Assembly (NCBI GenBank): GCA_054600435.1
Contig: BAAIJX010000003.1
Location: 186,001-250,000, forward strand
Reading direction: 5' to 3'
Length of the DNA: 64,000 bases
Source of the DNA: Neophaeotheca triangularis
Lineage: Eukaryota
The position numbers and the translations under genes were made by a program. Below are positions 46,388 to 57,302 of this stretch, piece by piece; the first letter of the stretch is position 1, and each line of letters opens with the position of its first letter. The notes beneath the pieces were generated by a model. It worked only from the letters and a program-made list of their open reading frames with translations. It was not told where the DNA came from and made no database searches.

Positions 46388-47632
46388 TCACAGCCTGCGG
46401 CCGCTCTTCAGAGAACGTATGTGACCCTGAAGTTCAGAGATCTTCGCTTCCAACCGGCGGATATGCTCCATAATGGCTGCTTGTTCGTGCCTAGGGACCA
46501 TCGGGATCGCAGACTCGAAGGCCGAACCCAACCGATCAAGAGGCGAGGGATCTGCGCAAAGGCTGTCGGGAGAGTAAGGGCTGTCAGGGGAATAGGGGTA
46601 AGGACGAGAGCGTCCAGCGCGGCGCTTGAGCGAAGTCTTGCCGCGTGTTTTCGAAGGCGCGCAACCCGTTTCGCGAAGCCCGTCGACCGTCGCCGTCGAC
46701 AAGAATGCCAGGACTTCCGGGCTCTCGTATTGCAGAGCCCTCGCCTCGGAGCCGCCCGCGTCATGAGGCGAGGGATTGGGAAAAAGGCTGTTAGGTGAGC
46801 AAGGGCTGTCAGGGGAGTAAGGGTAAGGACGAGAACGCGCTGCACAGCGCTTGGCCAAAGCCTCAACGTCTGGTTTCAGAAGAGGCGCGCGGACCGTTTT
46901 CCGAAGCCGGTCGACCGTTTCTGTCGACAAGAGTGTCAGGAGCTTGGGACGCTCGTAATGCAGAGCTTTGGTCTTAGGGGAGCTGGCCGCGCGACGCTCG
47001 ATTTCCTCCACGGTGACGTCGAAGAGCCGGGCTGCGAGACGCAAGTCGTGGGTTTCGACTTTGGAACCGATGGTTTTGAGAGCGTTGAGCACGGCTATGC
47101 CTTCGCTGGCTTTGCAGGTTAGGAGGAATTCTTCAAAGGCTTGGGTTTGTTGGAGTTCTTTTAGCCGTTGGCGCCATGTGTCTTGCTCTTTTTTGGCAGC
47201 GAGCTCGACTGAGCGGTTGTTTTCCGGGGTTCGAGCTACTTTTGACGGCGGAGGAGGTTTATTCTTTGTGGGACCGGGGGCTTGCGCTTTTGATGTTGAA
47301 TTGGGTCGGATGATCAGGCATTCGGAGCCACCCTCGCTCTCAGAGGGGCAAAGCAAGCCGTTGGCGTCGTCGTCATCGCCATCGTCTTGGAAGTGTGCTC
47401 GCAGTGCAGGAGACTGGCTGGCTCGCGTATTGGCGCTGTCTGGGGTGCGAAGTTTGCGCTGTTTTTGTTTTTGTTTGCGCTGGACTTTGGGTTGCTTCTT
47501 TTGCTTTTTCTCCTGCTGCTTTTTCTTGGTGATCCTGGTTGGTTTTCGTGTCGCCAGGACTCCTTCTCTTTTGAGTGGCGTGACGGGCCTCTTGGTCGTG
47601 GCTTTGGCTCTGGAACGCGTTTGGGGCGCCAT
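46388..47632 (-). CDS. Basic protein of unknown function with internal duplication and C-terminal coiled coil (orphan B, ~414 aa)
   Basis: GCCATGG start. MAPQTRSR..., K/Q-rich NLS-like tract, two ~76-aa repeats, terminal IRRLEAKISELQGHIRSLK heptads. Confidence 0.7.
   Translation of the reverse strand: MAPQTRSRAKATTKRPVTPLKREGVLATRKPTRITKKKQQEKKQKKQPKVQRKQKQKQRKLRTPDSANTRASQSPALRAHFQDDGDDDDANGLLCPSESEGGSECLIIRPNSTSKAQAPGPTKNKPPPPSKVARTPENNRSVELAAKKEQDTWRQRLKELQQTQAFEEFLLTCKASEGIAVLNALKTIGSKVETHDLRLAARLFDVTVEEIERRAASSPKTKALHYERPKLLTLLSTETVDRLRKTVRAPLLKPDVEALAKRCAARSRPYPYSPDSPCSPNSLFPNPSPHDAGGSEARALQYESPEVLAFLSTATVDGLRETGCAPSKTRGKTSLKRRAGRSRPYPYSPDSPYSPDSLCADPSPLDRLGSAFESAIPMVPRHEQAAIMEHIRRLEAKISELQGHIRSLKSGRRL
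46540..46968 (-). repeat. Diverged tandem duplication (~225-228 bp unit, 2 copies) inside orphan B
   Basis: GCAGAGC at 46960 and 46732; AAGGGCTGTCAGGGGA at 46801 and 46576. Protein ALHYERP...RSRPYPYSPDSPCSPNSL versus ALQYESP...RSRPYPYSPDSPYSPDSL. Confidence 0.9.
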
Positions 47633-48020
47633 GGCAACGAGGTATTTATCGTGGAATGTTGGTCGTTTCGCACCGATTACTGGGTATAAATCAAAGCTAT
47701 GGGGTCGCGACGATGTGGAAGGCACGGATACGATAGAGTACACGAATATCCGTAAAGTCTCAGGGAGGAGAACGAACCTGTTGGCCATCGTTCATTTGAG
47801 GCTGAAATGCCCCGTTAGTCGAAGCACTTTTCGCAAGCAGAGGTCACATTCCACCACCGGACGAAAGCGACCAAAAAGGCCCTCCGAAAGCGACCGACAC
47901 GACAGCCGACCGATGCCAGAGCAGACAGGGGACCGCGCAAAGGCCCCAATTACCACGTTGCAACCAACCCTTCACCACGTCCACACCACTATCCCACCAC
48001 CTTCTCACCTCCCCTACCTC

Positions 48021-48485
48021 CTACCCGATCACCGGCGTATACCCCTCCAACAACCCCGTAAAAACCCCCAATGTGCCCTCATCCCCTTGCTCAAAAGCTT
48101 TCCAAGCCCGATGGTAAATCCAATCCAACCGATCACAGAGTCCATTATACCGCTCTAGCAACCATATATCGTCTTCCCTATCAACACTGCGAGTACTGCA
48201 AGTTGATGATGTCCGGGTGGTATCCGGGTTCGAGGGAGGTTTGGAGTGGTGGTTTCGAGAGACGATGATGGTTTCGGGGTCTTCGCCGGATTTGTAGGCG
48301 TTTACGGGACGTTTCTTGGGTTGGGGGGTGTTGATGCTACCGTTGTGGTTGTAGTTGTTGTTGTTGCTGCTACGACTGGTGGAGGTTGGAGAGGTTGAAT
48401 TCCGAGTTGATTGAGTTGTTGTGGTGGGTTTTAGATTCGGAAAGGTTGGTATGGGCTTGGTTTGTAGGCGGGTTTTGGGCGACAT
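48021..48485 (-). CDS. Small hypothetical protein (orphan C, 154 aa)
   Basis: ACCATGT start. MSPKTRLQ..., low-complexity T/S/N region, PKKRP NLS-like motif, amphipathic helical C-terminus. Confidence 0.55.
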   Translation of the reverse strand: MSPKTRLQTKPIPTFPNLKPTTTTQSTRNSTSPTSTSRSSNNNNYNHNGSINTPQPKKRPVNAYKSGEDPETIIVSRNHHSKPPSNPDTTRTSSTCSTRSVDREDDIWLLERYNGLCDRLDWIYHRAWKAFEQGDEGTLGVFTGLLEGYTPVIG

Positions 48486-48935
48486 GGTTGAGTTCTGGAT
48501 GGGCCTTGGATGATTAGCATGGTCACTGTCGTTGTGGGACGACGGGGGGTTTCAATGATGTGTCTCGCTAGGGGACTTTTTTCTTTGTTGAAATGGGTTC
48601 TGGCATGATTGTTTCCGCTTGCGGTTGACTTGAGCCTACTAGAATCTTGAAAGGGCTGAGAGCCGTTTGAGCACGAAGGGGTCTATGGTTCCATGGCTAA
48701 CTATATTTTTGTCGATTATGATCCAGGGTCTAAACCTCGAAGGCGAATCGTGGTCGCCTGGACTCAATCGGTTTCCTGCCGCGTTAGGGCAAGATATGCC
48801 CCGATGCCGAGGCCAACGCTGCGGCAGGATAAATAATTGCATCTCCATGTAGCAGACAGATACGAGTGCAATAATCCGCACCCGATTCGCAGTCCCATTC
48901 AAAAGCAAGAAAGGCTGGGAGTACAGCCCCTCTTT

Positions 48936-49838
48936 CTAAACATCCTCCTCACCACCTTCTCCCTCCACCCGAGGCCCCTCATCCTTCCGCTCCTCCTTCT
49001 GAATCCTCGCATCCATAATCCTCCCCAAACCCCCTACAACCTCCCCCTCCACACCCAACTTCCCAAGCTCAAAAGTGGTACACCAAGCTTCCCCAAAGCG
49101 CTCCTCAAGCAATCTCACGGGCTCTCGAAGCGCTGCGACAACGGCGGCGTAAACTCCCACGTTCGATGACTCTAGTCGCATCATCGTCTGAAGAGTCTGC
49201 AAGTAGGCGAGGTAGAGTGATCCGATTTCGGTGGAGAAGTTGGTCTTGTTGTTACGGCGGGCGGGTTTCTCGGCGAGGGGCTTGGGCTGGTGGGGTTTGA
49301 CACTGTTATCGGATGGGGGATTGGCAGCGGCAGCGCTGAGCTCGGTGTGCGGCGTCGTGGAGTCTGGTCTCGAGCTTGTGCTTGCCGAGACTCGTTGGGA
49401 CCCCTGGCTGTACGATGATGCCATGGATTCTTCAGCGGGCTCTTCCAATCTTCTCTTCTTAGGACCGGCCGTGGGGTTAGCCGAAGAGAGCTCGGATCCT
49501 GCTGCTTCGCCTGGAGTAGTGGGCTCCTGGTCTGGGATCTCATACGCCGGGATGCTTCTCTTGCGCTTCGCTGGCCCGGTAGACGAGACTGTCGAATCTT
49601 CCTTGGCGGCTGTTTTCGCGATACCGTTCTTGACTTTGGCGGATGCGATGGCTGTACGGGCAGGCATCTCTCCCCCTTCGTCTGGTGTCGTGATCTCGGG
49701 TTGTTCAAGTCTCTTCGCCGGGTTGCGTTTTCGGCGGGTAGTGGATTTCGCAGGCTCAGAGGTGGGAGTTTGGGGAGATTTGCCTTTCTTTGTTCTGGCT
49801 TCGTGGGCGTCGCGGAGGGCTTGCTGTTTTCGGCTCAT
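48936..49838 (-). CDS. Basic hypothetical protein (orphan D, 300 aa)
   Basis: Intronless ORF with several NLS-like motifs (RRKR, KRKR, PKKRR) and a helical C-terminal domain (EIGSLYLAYLQTLQ...FGEAW). Confidence 0.65.
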   Translation of the reverse strand: MSRKQQALRDAHEARTKKGKSPQTPTSEPAKSTTRRKRNPAKRLEQPEITTPDEGGEMPARTAIASAKVKNGIAKTAAKEDSTVSSTGPAKRKRSIPAYEIPDQEPTTPGEAAGSELSSANPTAGPKKRRLEEPAEESMASSYSQGSQRVSASTSSRPDSTTPHTELSAAAANPPSDNSVKPHQPKPLAEKPARRNNKTNFSTEIGSLYLAYLQTLQTMMRLESSNVGVYAAVVAALREPVRLLEERFGEAWCTTFELGKLGVEGEVVGGLGRIMDARIQKEERKDEGPRVEGEGGEEDV

Positions 49839-50423
49839 AGTCGTTGGAGGTGGGTGTAGTGATGGTATGAATTGAAAGTTCTTAAGAAACCGAGGTTTCA
49901 GGGTGGAGCTGTTTGAGTTGTGGATGGTGATGAGAGATATGTGGATGGTTTTGTCGTTGGAAACTGATTTTGTGAATGCTTGACTTTAGTCTGGCGATCA
50001 AAACAGTCGATGTGGTATTGAGTAACTGGTCTGCTGCGATTCTGTTTCAGCAGTGACGTGGAGTGTGTGAGACATGGAAGGATCACCTTTGCAGTCCAGC
50101 TAGCAGATGTCTCTGACCTCGTGGCTACAGTGAAATATCTGCGACAATAGCAACATCGCCATTGTGGCCAGAAATAGCCGAGTGAGCTTCTCGTCACCAT
50201 AATAACTTGCGCATTTTGGTCCCAGTGACGGTGCACACTCGTTGCTTGTCCTTCAGTCGGCTGAATGATTAATCATTTGTTTGCGCTGGGAGCATGGCCA
50301 AAGAAAAGCCGACCCTCAACATTACTTGCATATGAACCGGCTCGTCAGGCGAAAAAGGGCGTTCCTGGGTATCTAGTGTCGCATGCCACATCAAGCGTTT
50401 TGCCTCCACAATCGGATCTTCGC

Positions 50424-51473
50424 TCAACCACCAAGCACTCCTTCAACAATTCTTTTCCCCCTATCATCACCCAAAAACCCCCACTCCTCACCTTCACTCT
50501 CCTCGCACTCCAAAAGCACCTCGTATCCCCTCCTCACAGTGTCCTCCTCAACCTTGACGTTCCCGTCCACCAACGCCCTCACAACGCCCTGGCATCTCGC
50601 AATCTCCCTCCGCGTCTCAGGCCCAATCTCATCATTCTGGCTCGAATACATAGCCCCACTAGCCTGCTCCTCCAACCTATTCACCCCCACCTCCTGCTTC
50701 GGCTCCTCACTATGCCGGCTAATCCAGATATACCCATTGACCCCCAAAATCACATCCACCTCGCCACCCCGCCTCGTCTGCAGCGTGAAAATCTGCCGCT
50801 TACTCCTCACGACGCCACTACCCCCGCCAACCCCGCTCACAGCCATGAAGACCCCGTTCCGCAGTTTCCCATACCTCAGCGAGCGCGTGTGCAAGCTCGC
50901 GCTGCCGTCTTGGAACAGCGACTGCACTTCGGCGACTAACAGCTCGCCTTCGCCGAAAAAGGAGCGGATGTTCAGCTCGTCGACGCTGGTGCGGCGTCGC
51001 AGCGTGCCGCCGGGAAGATTGATGGCGGAGAGTAGGAGCGAGGCGAGCAGCGGTGCAGCGACGTCGACTTTCCATCTTCGTGACTGGACTTCAACGATAC
51101 GACCGATCACCAGGTCGCCGATTTCTGGGGTGTAGCGTGCGCGTAGCGGGACGATGGAGAGCAGTTTGTTGGTCTTTTGTAGTGTGCCAGCGAGCGTGCT
51201 GCGAATGGTTGTGTCCGGGGTTGTATTGGAGGGGTCTTTGCTGCTGGGTGCGTAGGTGCCGTGGCCGCGCATCCATTGAGGGTCTTGGGTTACGGTTTGA
51301 CCGGGGGTGATGATGTCGGTTGGGCGCGAGGTGGGGAGGTCGAGGTCCATGGCGTTTTCATCTGCCGAGTCTTCATCTTCTTCTTGGAGGCGGTTGTCGT
51401 ATTTGGCTCGTTTGTTGGCGTAGGAGTTTGTGGGAGCTGCCGCGGGGGCCGGAGGAAGAATAGTTATGGCCAT
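50424..51473 (-). CDS. RRP4: Exosome cap subunit Rrp4
   Basis: [68 protein letters not shown]. Confidence 0.95.
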   Translation of the reverse strand: MAITILPPAPAAAPTNSYANKRAKYDNRLQEEDEDSADENAMDLDLPTSRPTDIITPGQTVTQDPQWMRGHGTYAPSSKDPSNTTPDTTIRSTLAGTLQKTNKLLSIVPLRARYTPEIGDLVIGRIVEVQSRRWKVDVAAPLLASLLLSAINLPGGTLRRRTSVDELNIRSFFGEGELLVAEVQSLFQDGSASLHTRSLRYGKLRNGVFMAVSGVGGGSGVVRSKRQIFTLQTRRGGEVDVILGVNGYIWISRHSEEPKQEVGVNRLEEQASGAMYSSQNDEIGPETRREIARCQGVVRALVDGNVKVEEDTVRRGYEVLLECEESEGEEWGFLGDDRGKRIVEGVLGG

Positions 51474-52049
51474 TGTCGTTGCGATGTTGTCGAGTAGACT
51501 GCCAAATAGGATGTTTCGCTGTCGAAGTGAACTTGGTGAAGGTACCTATTTCAGGTAGTCGTAGAAAAGCAGAAGCTCAGACGATACTTGCTGTGGATCT
51601 TATCTTATCGATATCAACTGACTTTGCCATTGGACGGCGTTACAATACGCTAAGAAATGGACGGTTTTTTGAGATCGCGGCCATCTTCTGCCCCACGACC
51701 TCGACCTCCCGGGTTAAGGCTGTCAATTTATCTGGCGTCAGGCCAAAGAGTCCCTTGGTGTTCGCGATAACTTCAGCACTACGTCTGGCCGCCGAGGACG
51801 CTTTACCTGACAGAAGATGACTTGTTCAAAGTCTGATCGGGGCGCTCACGTAGCGAAATCTTTAATTTCTCGCGTGATCTTGGTAACATCCATTTGTAGC
51901 TGGATTCATAGGTACTTTGCGGGTCGTCCTTCTCAGCTGGTTGCAGCCAGATAATCGCAAAACAAGCAGGAACAGCAATGCCAGACTGGACATCTCGCGA
52001 TCAGTCTCCCTCCACAAACCTAACTTGCAGCTCCAACCCACCGGACACC

Positions 52050-52883
52050 CTACTTAATCCCCCTCCACTCCGCAAGCGCGTCTACAATCCTCCCCCACAG
52101 TCCTCCCTGCCACCCCCTCACGCTCTCCCACTCCTCCTCCCTCATCCCCATCTCACACATCAAAAGCCACCCACCAACCACAAAATCCGCATACCTAGGC
52201 CCTCCCTCATCAACCCAAACCACTTCCCTGACCTCCCGCCCCCTCTGCTCAAGCCCCCCAACCGTGCCCCCGCGCCTCCAAACCCAGTCCGTCGTGCCCC
52301 CAACGTGCGCATAAACTTTCGCCAGCTCCGCAAGCGCTTGCTCAAAAGACAGGAGCATCGCTTCGCGCTTCTCGCCCGCGAGACTGAGGTCCGCGGTCTC
52401 GGGCATGGCTTTCGCGCGCGCCATGAACATGGCAATCGTCTCGTCCATCCTATCGGGATTCAGCGGGATCCGGTCGACAAGCGCCACGTGCCGGGTAAAT
52501 ACGCCATCGACCTGCGCGTTCCAGGCAGCGGTCAAACCCGTTGTCGCAGGCGCGAACAACAACCCCCGACCCGAATGCGGGTACGTGGTTTCCAGGTACA
52601 GAGCTATCTCGAAAGAGTCGCCGATTAAGGCGCCGGTGTTGGGGTCGTGGAGGATGGGGAGCGTGTGGAAGGGTTCGCCGTTGGCGTGCGAACGATTGGC
52701 GGGAAGGCTGAGACTTTGGCGGAGATTGGCGATGTCCGGCATGTCGGTCCATTGGGTGTGGTAGGGGAGGTTTTTGTGGTTCAGGGCGAGGCGGGTTTTC
52801 CAGGGGTTGGGAGCGATGGTGCGGAGAGGGGGGCCGGAGGTTATGTCGTAGAAGATTAGGGGTTGGAGCGTGGGGGTCGTCAT
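52050..52883 (-). CDS. Glutathione S-transferase, fungal GSTFuA/LigE-like
   Basis: LIFYDI, PNPWKTRLALNHKNLPY, TLPILHDP.TG..IGDSFEIALYLE.TYP, YADFVVGGWL. Start taken at the first ATG (MTTPTL). Confidence 0.85.
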   Translation of the reverse strand: MTTPTLQPLIFYDITSGPPLRTIAPNPWKTRLALNHKNLPYHTQWTDMPDIANLRQSLSLPANRSHANGEPFHTLPILHDPNTGALIGDSFEIALYLETTYPHSGRGLLFAPATTGLTAAWNAQVDGVFTRHVALVDRIPLNPDRMDETIAMFMARAKAMPETADLSLAGEKREAMLLSFEQALAELAKVYAHVGGTTDWVWRRGGTVGGLEQRGREVREVVWVDEGGPRYADFVVGGWLLMCEMGMREEEWESVRGWQGGLWGRIVDALAEWRGIK

Positions 52884-53470
52884 TACGGTGGAAGCAAGTT
52901 GGCTGTGTTGGGGGGTTTTGTTCTCGCTTGCGTTGAAATGACTTTGAAACTCCAATGTATGTTTACCAGTGGTCTACCTTAGGTACTTAACTTGGATGTG
53001 GGACGATAGGCAGTTTGTGGACGTAATGTCGACTCATCATTGCATGAGTGAAAGTGGGAGGGACTGAGGTCGGCGCGGTCGGGCAACGACTTGCCGTTCC
53101 AGGCTTCATCGCTTTGTTTGTACGTACCTACTAGATAGGGACGCTACGCAACTTCTAACAGGAAAATGCGCCAAGTCCAAGAAAGCATCTAAGCATCTCA
53201 TGCAACATAAAGTGACTATGATGGCGCTGGGCACGGCTGGATCAAAACGGTCTACGCTGATCAAAGGAACCTTTTCCAAACTCACTTCAAGTCTTCGATC
53301 CTTCACTGATTTTGGAGGTATCAACATGAGATGTGGAAACGATGAGCAGAAGACGTTGATTGAACCCCACGAAAAGCTTTGAGTGCTGCTCGTGATGCGC
53401 GCACGATTCAGCTGTGTATTCATACAGCACTGAATCCAGCACTCAACACCACCCCACCACCCTCCCGCTT

Positions 53471-55063
53471 CTACAACAGCCCCATCCCCTCGCCCCGCAA
53501 TCCACGACTCGAAAACTCCTCCCTCTCCACTTCCCAGACCCCCTTAACCCGCAAACTCGCTGTCAAACTCGCTCCCGCCCACGCCCCCAAACTCTCGACG
53601 CCCCTAACCTCCCCCGCCTTAGCTCCATCGCTATTCCCCTCCCGCCTCCTCTCCTTTTCCGCTTTCAGCGTAATACGGTCGTTAAGATCATCGTGCTTAC
53701 GTTCCGAAGCGGGTGGCAGCAAAGGTGCGATGGGATCGCTGGGCTGGGCGGAGACTTTACGGCCTTGGGGGGCGTTTGAGACTTCTGAGGCGTTGGCGGC
53801 GCGGTCTCGGAGGTGTTGGGAGGTTTTTTTGCCTGTTGCGCTACCATAGTTGGTTATGCTGTCCCAGCCATGGGTGGCTATGTGGGTTTGAAGTTCGCGG
53901 AGGAGGCGGGCTTTCAGGCCTGGGAGGCGCGAGTGGGAGCCTGTGAGGATTAGGCGGCGGAGGCAGAGGGCGCGGAGTTCCAGGGGGAGTGCTAGGAGGG
54001 TTTGGTATAGAAGTGATGGGAGCGGGGCTTCGTGGTCGTCGGGGTGGGAGGTGAGTTGAGGGAAGAAGGTCGTTTCTGCTGGAAGAGAGAGAGATGTGAA
54101 GGGGATCGCGAGAAGGGTTGATGACAGCGGGAGCGTTGTTGTTGTTTGATCGTCGTTTGGTGGTGTTGAGGAAGACCGGCAGTAAATCATGCGGTCGGTG
54201 ACTTGTTCTGCGTCGTCGTAAGACGTGGCGATACCATCTTTGCCGTTGTCGTAGTGGCCGGCTGCCTCATCTAATAGCTTCTTCGTCTCCTGTACTAGCA
54301 TCTTCCCACCCCTCACTGTCCGTCGTTGTAATACCTCTTTATATTCCCCTACAGCGGTTACGACGGTCTCCTCCCATCCAACCTCCACAACAAGCCCATG
54401 CCTCAGTCCAGCAGCCACACAGTTCATGACGGGCTTGGTGAGCAAGACAACGCTCGGCGGCTGCGAAAAATGCGAAAACAGAACCTTCAGCGCTACTTCC
54501 AGTAAAGGCGTAGGGAACAAGGAAGGAGTGACCAACACAGCCTTCCTCGGTTTCTGATCCAGCTGCAAATGGTCCGTATGTAGCACTCGTACCGCACGAT
54601 CAAGCTTGTCCTCCACGAGACCAAGATCAAGACTCCTCAAATCTGCGCGATAGAGCTCATGTTCTCCCGCCCACTGCCCATAAGTCTGCTTCCTTACGTT
54701 CTCCTTTTTTGGAATGCTGTAATCATACTGCCTCCAATCTCCCACTCTTCTTCCGCCCTCCGGGCTGAAACGAACGAAGCATCGCGGCCTACTCTCTCCC
54801 GCATATCCGGCGCATATGTATCGCTCGTGAAGCTCGTACACGATGACATCTTCCGGTTCAGCACGCAAGCCAGATCCGGGGCTACCGAACTGCGAAGAAA
54901 TACTGCGATTTAATAGCGGAGTTCGAGGTGTACGTGGAGAGCCCGGCGTTGTGCCTCCAGCTCCAGCTCCAGCTCCAGGGGTAAGGCCACGAGCTGAGCC
55001 GAGGACTGAGGGACGCGCAGATCGACTAAAGTAGTCGGATGATGATGTTATTGTTGTTGCCAT
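53471..55063 (-). CDS. ARP10: Actin-related protein Arp10/Arp11 (dynactin, Neurospora RO7-like)
   Basis: GYAGESRPRC, LVEDKLDRA, AAGLRHGLVVEVGWEETVV, LILTG, ESLGAWAGASL. Confidence 0.82.
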   Translation of the reverse strand: MATTITSSSDYFSRSARPSVLGSARGLTPGAGAGAGGTTPGSPRTPRTPLLNRSISSQFGSPGSGLRAEPEDVIVYELHERYICAGYAGESRPRCFVRFSPEGGRRVGDWRQYDYSIPKKENVRKQTYGQWAGEHELYRADLRSLDLGLVEDKLDRAVRVLHTDHLQLDQKPRKAVLVTPSLFPTPLLEVALKVLFSHFSQPPSVVLLTKPVMNCVAAGLRHGLVVEVGWEETVVTAVGEYKEVLQRRTVRGGKMLVQETKKLLDEAAGHYDNGKDGIATSYDDAEQVTDRMIYCRSSSTPPNDDQTTTTLPLSSTLLAIPFTSLSLPAETTFFPQLTSHPDDHEAPLPSLLYQTLLALPLELRALCLRRLILTGSHSRLPGLKARLLRELQTHIATHGWDSITNYGSATGKKTSQHLRDRAANASEVSNAPQGRKVSAQPSDPIAPLLPPASERKHDDLNDRITLKAEKERRREGNSDGAKAGEVRGVESLGAWAGASLTASLRVKGVWEVEREEFSSRGLRGEGMGLL

Positions 55064-55423
55064 TGCGGCGTTGGAAAGTAGAAGGATCACATTATGTTAT
55101 CACGCATACAGAGAGAGAATCAAGTTGCAAGGCGCGTTTGTCTCGCATTGGCCTGGGGCAGATGGCGGACGTGCCAAGACCCGAAGCAAGTGCGGGAGCT
55201 TTGACCAGAAATTATTTTCTGCGCTTTGTACCCAAGCTTAATTCCATCCGCGAACTTCACCACCTGCGAACAGCAGCAGCAGCAGTGACGAACCTCACCT
55301 CCGACAATCCACGACAACCAGACCACATCGCACCTGTCCGATTTCCACCATCAATTTCCTTTTCGGAAGGTAGCATCCTCTTACTGCCGAAAAAAGAGCG
55401 CGCACGCCGCACAGACAAGCAGC

Positions 55424-57302
55424 ATGACGCTCTTCGTCCTCACCGAGACCTCGGCGGGTTACGCTCTGCTCAAGGCCAAAGACAAGAAATTGTTGAAGCG
55501 CGATGATTTGGCCAAGGAGGCGGAGACGGCTGAAGGTCTTATGGGCATGCTGAAGCTGAAGAAGTTTCGCAAGTTTGAGAGTGCCAGTGCTGCTTTGGAG
55601 GAGGCTGCTGCTTTGACTGAGGGAAAGGTAAAAATTCCCTGTTCCATACACCTCACTTGGAATTAGACTATTGGAGGAGAACGAAGAATATTGAACGAGG
55701 CGGGCTGCGAATTCTTGAAAAGGACGAGTGCTAAAACCGTCATATTCTTAGGTCTCATCAATGCTCTCCAACATGCTGCAGGACATTAAAGAGGAGAAGA
55801 AATGCTCTCTCGCCGTCGCAGACCCCAAACTCGGCAACGCCATCACCAAAATCCCAGGCCTCGAGATCTCGCCTATCTCCGACTCAACCACCGCTGACTT
55901 ATACCGTGGCATCCGTGAACACATTCAATCGCTTATCCCAGCTCTCGCTCCTGAAGAGGTTGGCACAATGAGCTTGGGTCTTTCGCACAGCTTGTCCCGT
56001 CACAAGCTAAAGTTCAGCCCTGACAAAGTCGACACCATGATCATCCAGGCTGTGTCTATTCTCGACGATCTCGACAAGGAGCTCAACACATACGCCATGA
56101 GAGTGAAGGAATGGTACGGATGGCACTTTCCGGAAATGGCGCGCATCATCAACGACAACTTGGCCTATTCTCGCGTCATCCTCAAGATGGGCATGCGAAG
56201 CAACTGCGCGACTACCGACCTGACCGAGATACTACCGGAAGAGATCGAGGGTGCAGTCAAGGCGGCTGCAGAGGTATCTATGGGTACAGAGATCGCGGAG
56301 CAAGACCTCGAACAAATTTTCCACCTCGCTGAGAACGTTGTTGGCTTGACCGAATACCGCTCGGAGCTCTCTTCATACCTGACTACCCGCATGCAAGCCA
56401 TTGCCCCTAACCTCACGACCCTCGTTGGCGACCTGGTTGGTGCACGCCTGATTGCGCACGCCGGCTCTCTCATGAACCTCGCCAAGTCTCCTGCCTCGAC
56501 CGTGCAAATTCTGGGCGCCGAAAAGGCACTATTCCGCGCTCTCAAGACCAAGCACGACACTCCCAAATACGGTCTCATCTACCATGCTAGCTTGATTGGC
56601 CAAGCAACCGGCAAGAACAAGGGCAAGATCGCACGTATGCTCGCTACAAAAGCCACTCTCGGTCTCCGTGTCGACGCCCTCAGCGACTGGGGCACAGCGG
56701 GCAAGAACGAAGGCCAGGAACCTACCGAGGAGGAGAAGAACGAGGTCGGTGTCCACGGACGCAACCTTGTCGAACGCCGACTTCGTGCTCTCGAAGGCAA
56801 GCCTCTCAAGTCCAGCGGCACTGCCATTGGTCCGGGCGGACAGCGCCAACAGGCTCAACCCGCCAAGTTCGATCTCAAAGAAGCCAGGAAGTACAACCCT
56901 GACGCTGACGGCATCTCTGCTGATGCCCCCGCCGCCGTCGCCCCTGCCCTCACGAATGGAGAAACCAAGAAGTCTGAGAGCAAGAAGCGCAAGATGATCG
57001 AGGAAGTCGAGGAGGAAGCTGGCGCAGGTGCCGGCGTCGACGACTCAGACGAAGGTGATGGCAAGCTCCTCACCGACACAAAAATGAACGGAACGGCTGA
57101 AAGGGCCGACGCGGACTCCGAGAAGGCTGCCAAGAAAGAGGAGAAGGCCAAACGGAAGGCGGAGAAGGCTGCTAAGAAGGCTGCCAAGAAGGAGGGCAAG
57201 GGCGAGGAGCAGAGCAGCAAGAAGCGCAAGGTGGAGAGCGACAGCGAGAGCGAGGAGGAGAGCAAGAAGAGCAAGAAGAAGAGCAAGAAGAGCAAGGCTT
57301 AG
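55424..57302 (+). CDS. NOP58: Box C/D snoRNP protein Nop58
   Basis: Exons 55424-55627 and 55752-57302. [69 protein letters not shown]-rich tail. Confidence 0.96.

Noticed and set aside
46968..48158. 396-aa plus-strand ORF over orphan B
   Set aside because: Lacks an ATG start and reads as the reverse complement of a Lys/Gln-rich gene (F/C/L runs).
44707..50423. Orphan island as a transposon or viral insertion
   Set aside because: I found no terminal repeats, target-site duplication, transposase/RT/capsid motifs or AT-rich RIP-like decay.
55628..55751. NOP58 intron as a possible snoRNA host
   Set aside because: No box C (RTGATGA) or box D (CTGA) is visible and I see no convincing H/ACA layout.
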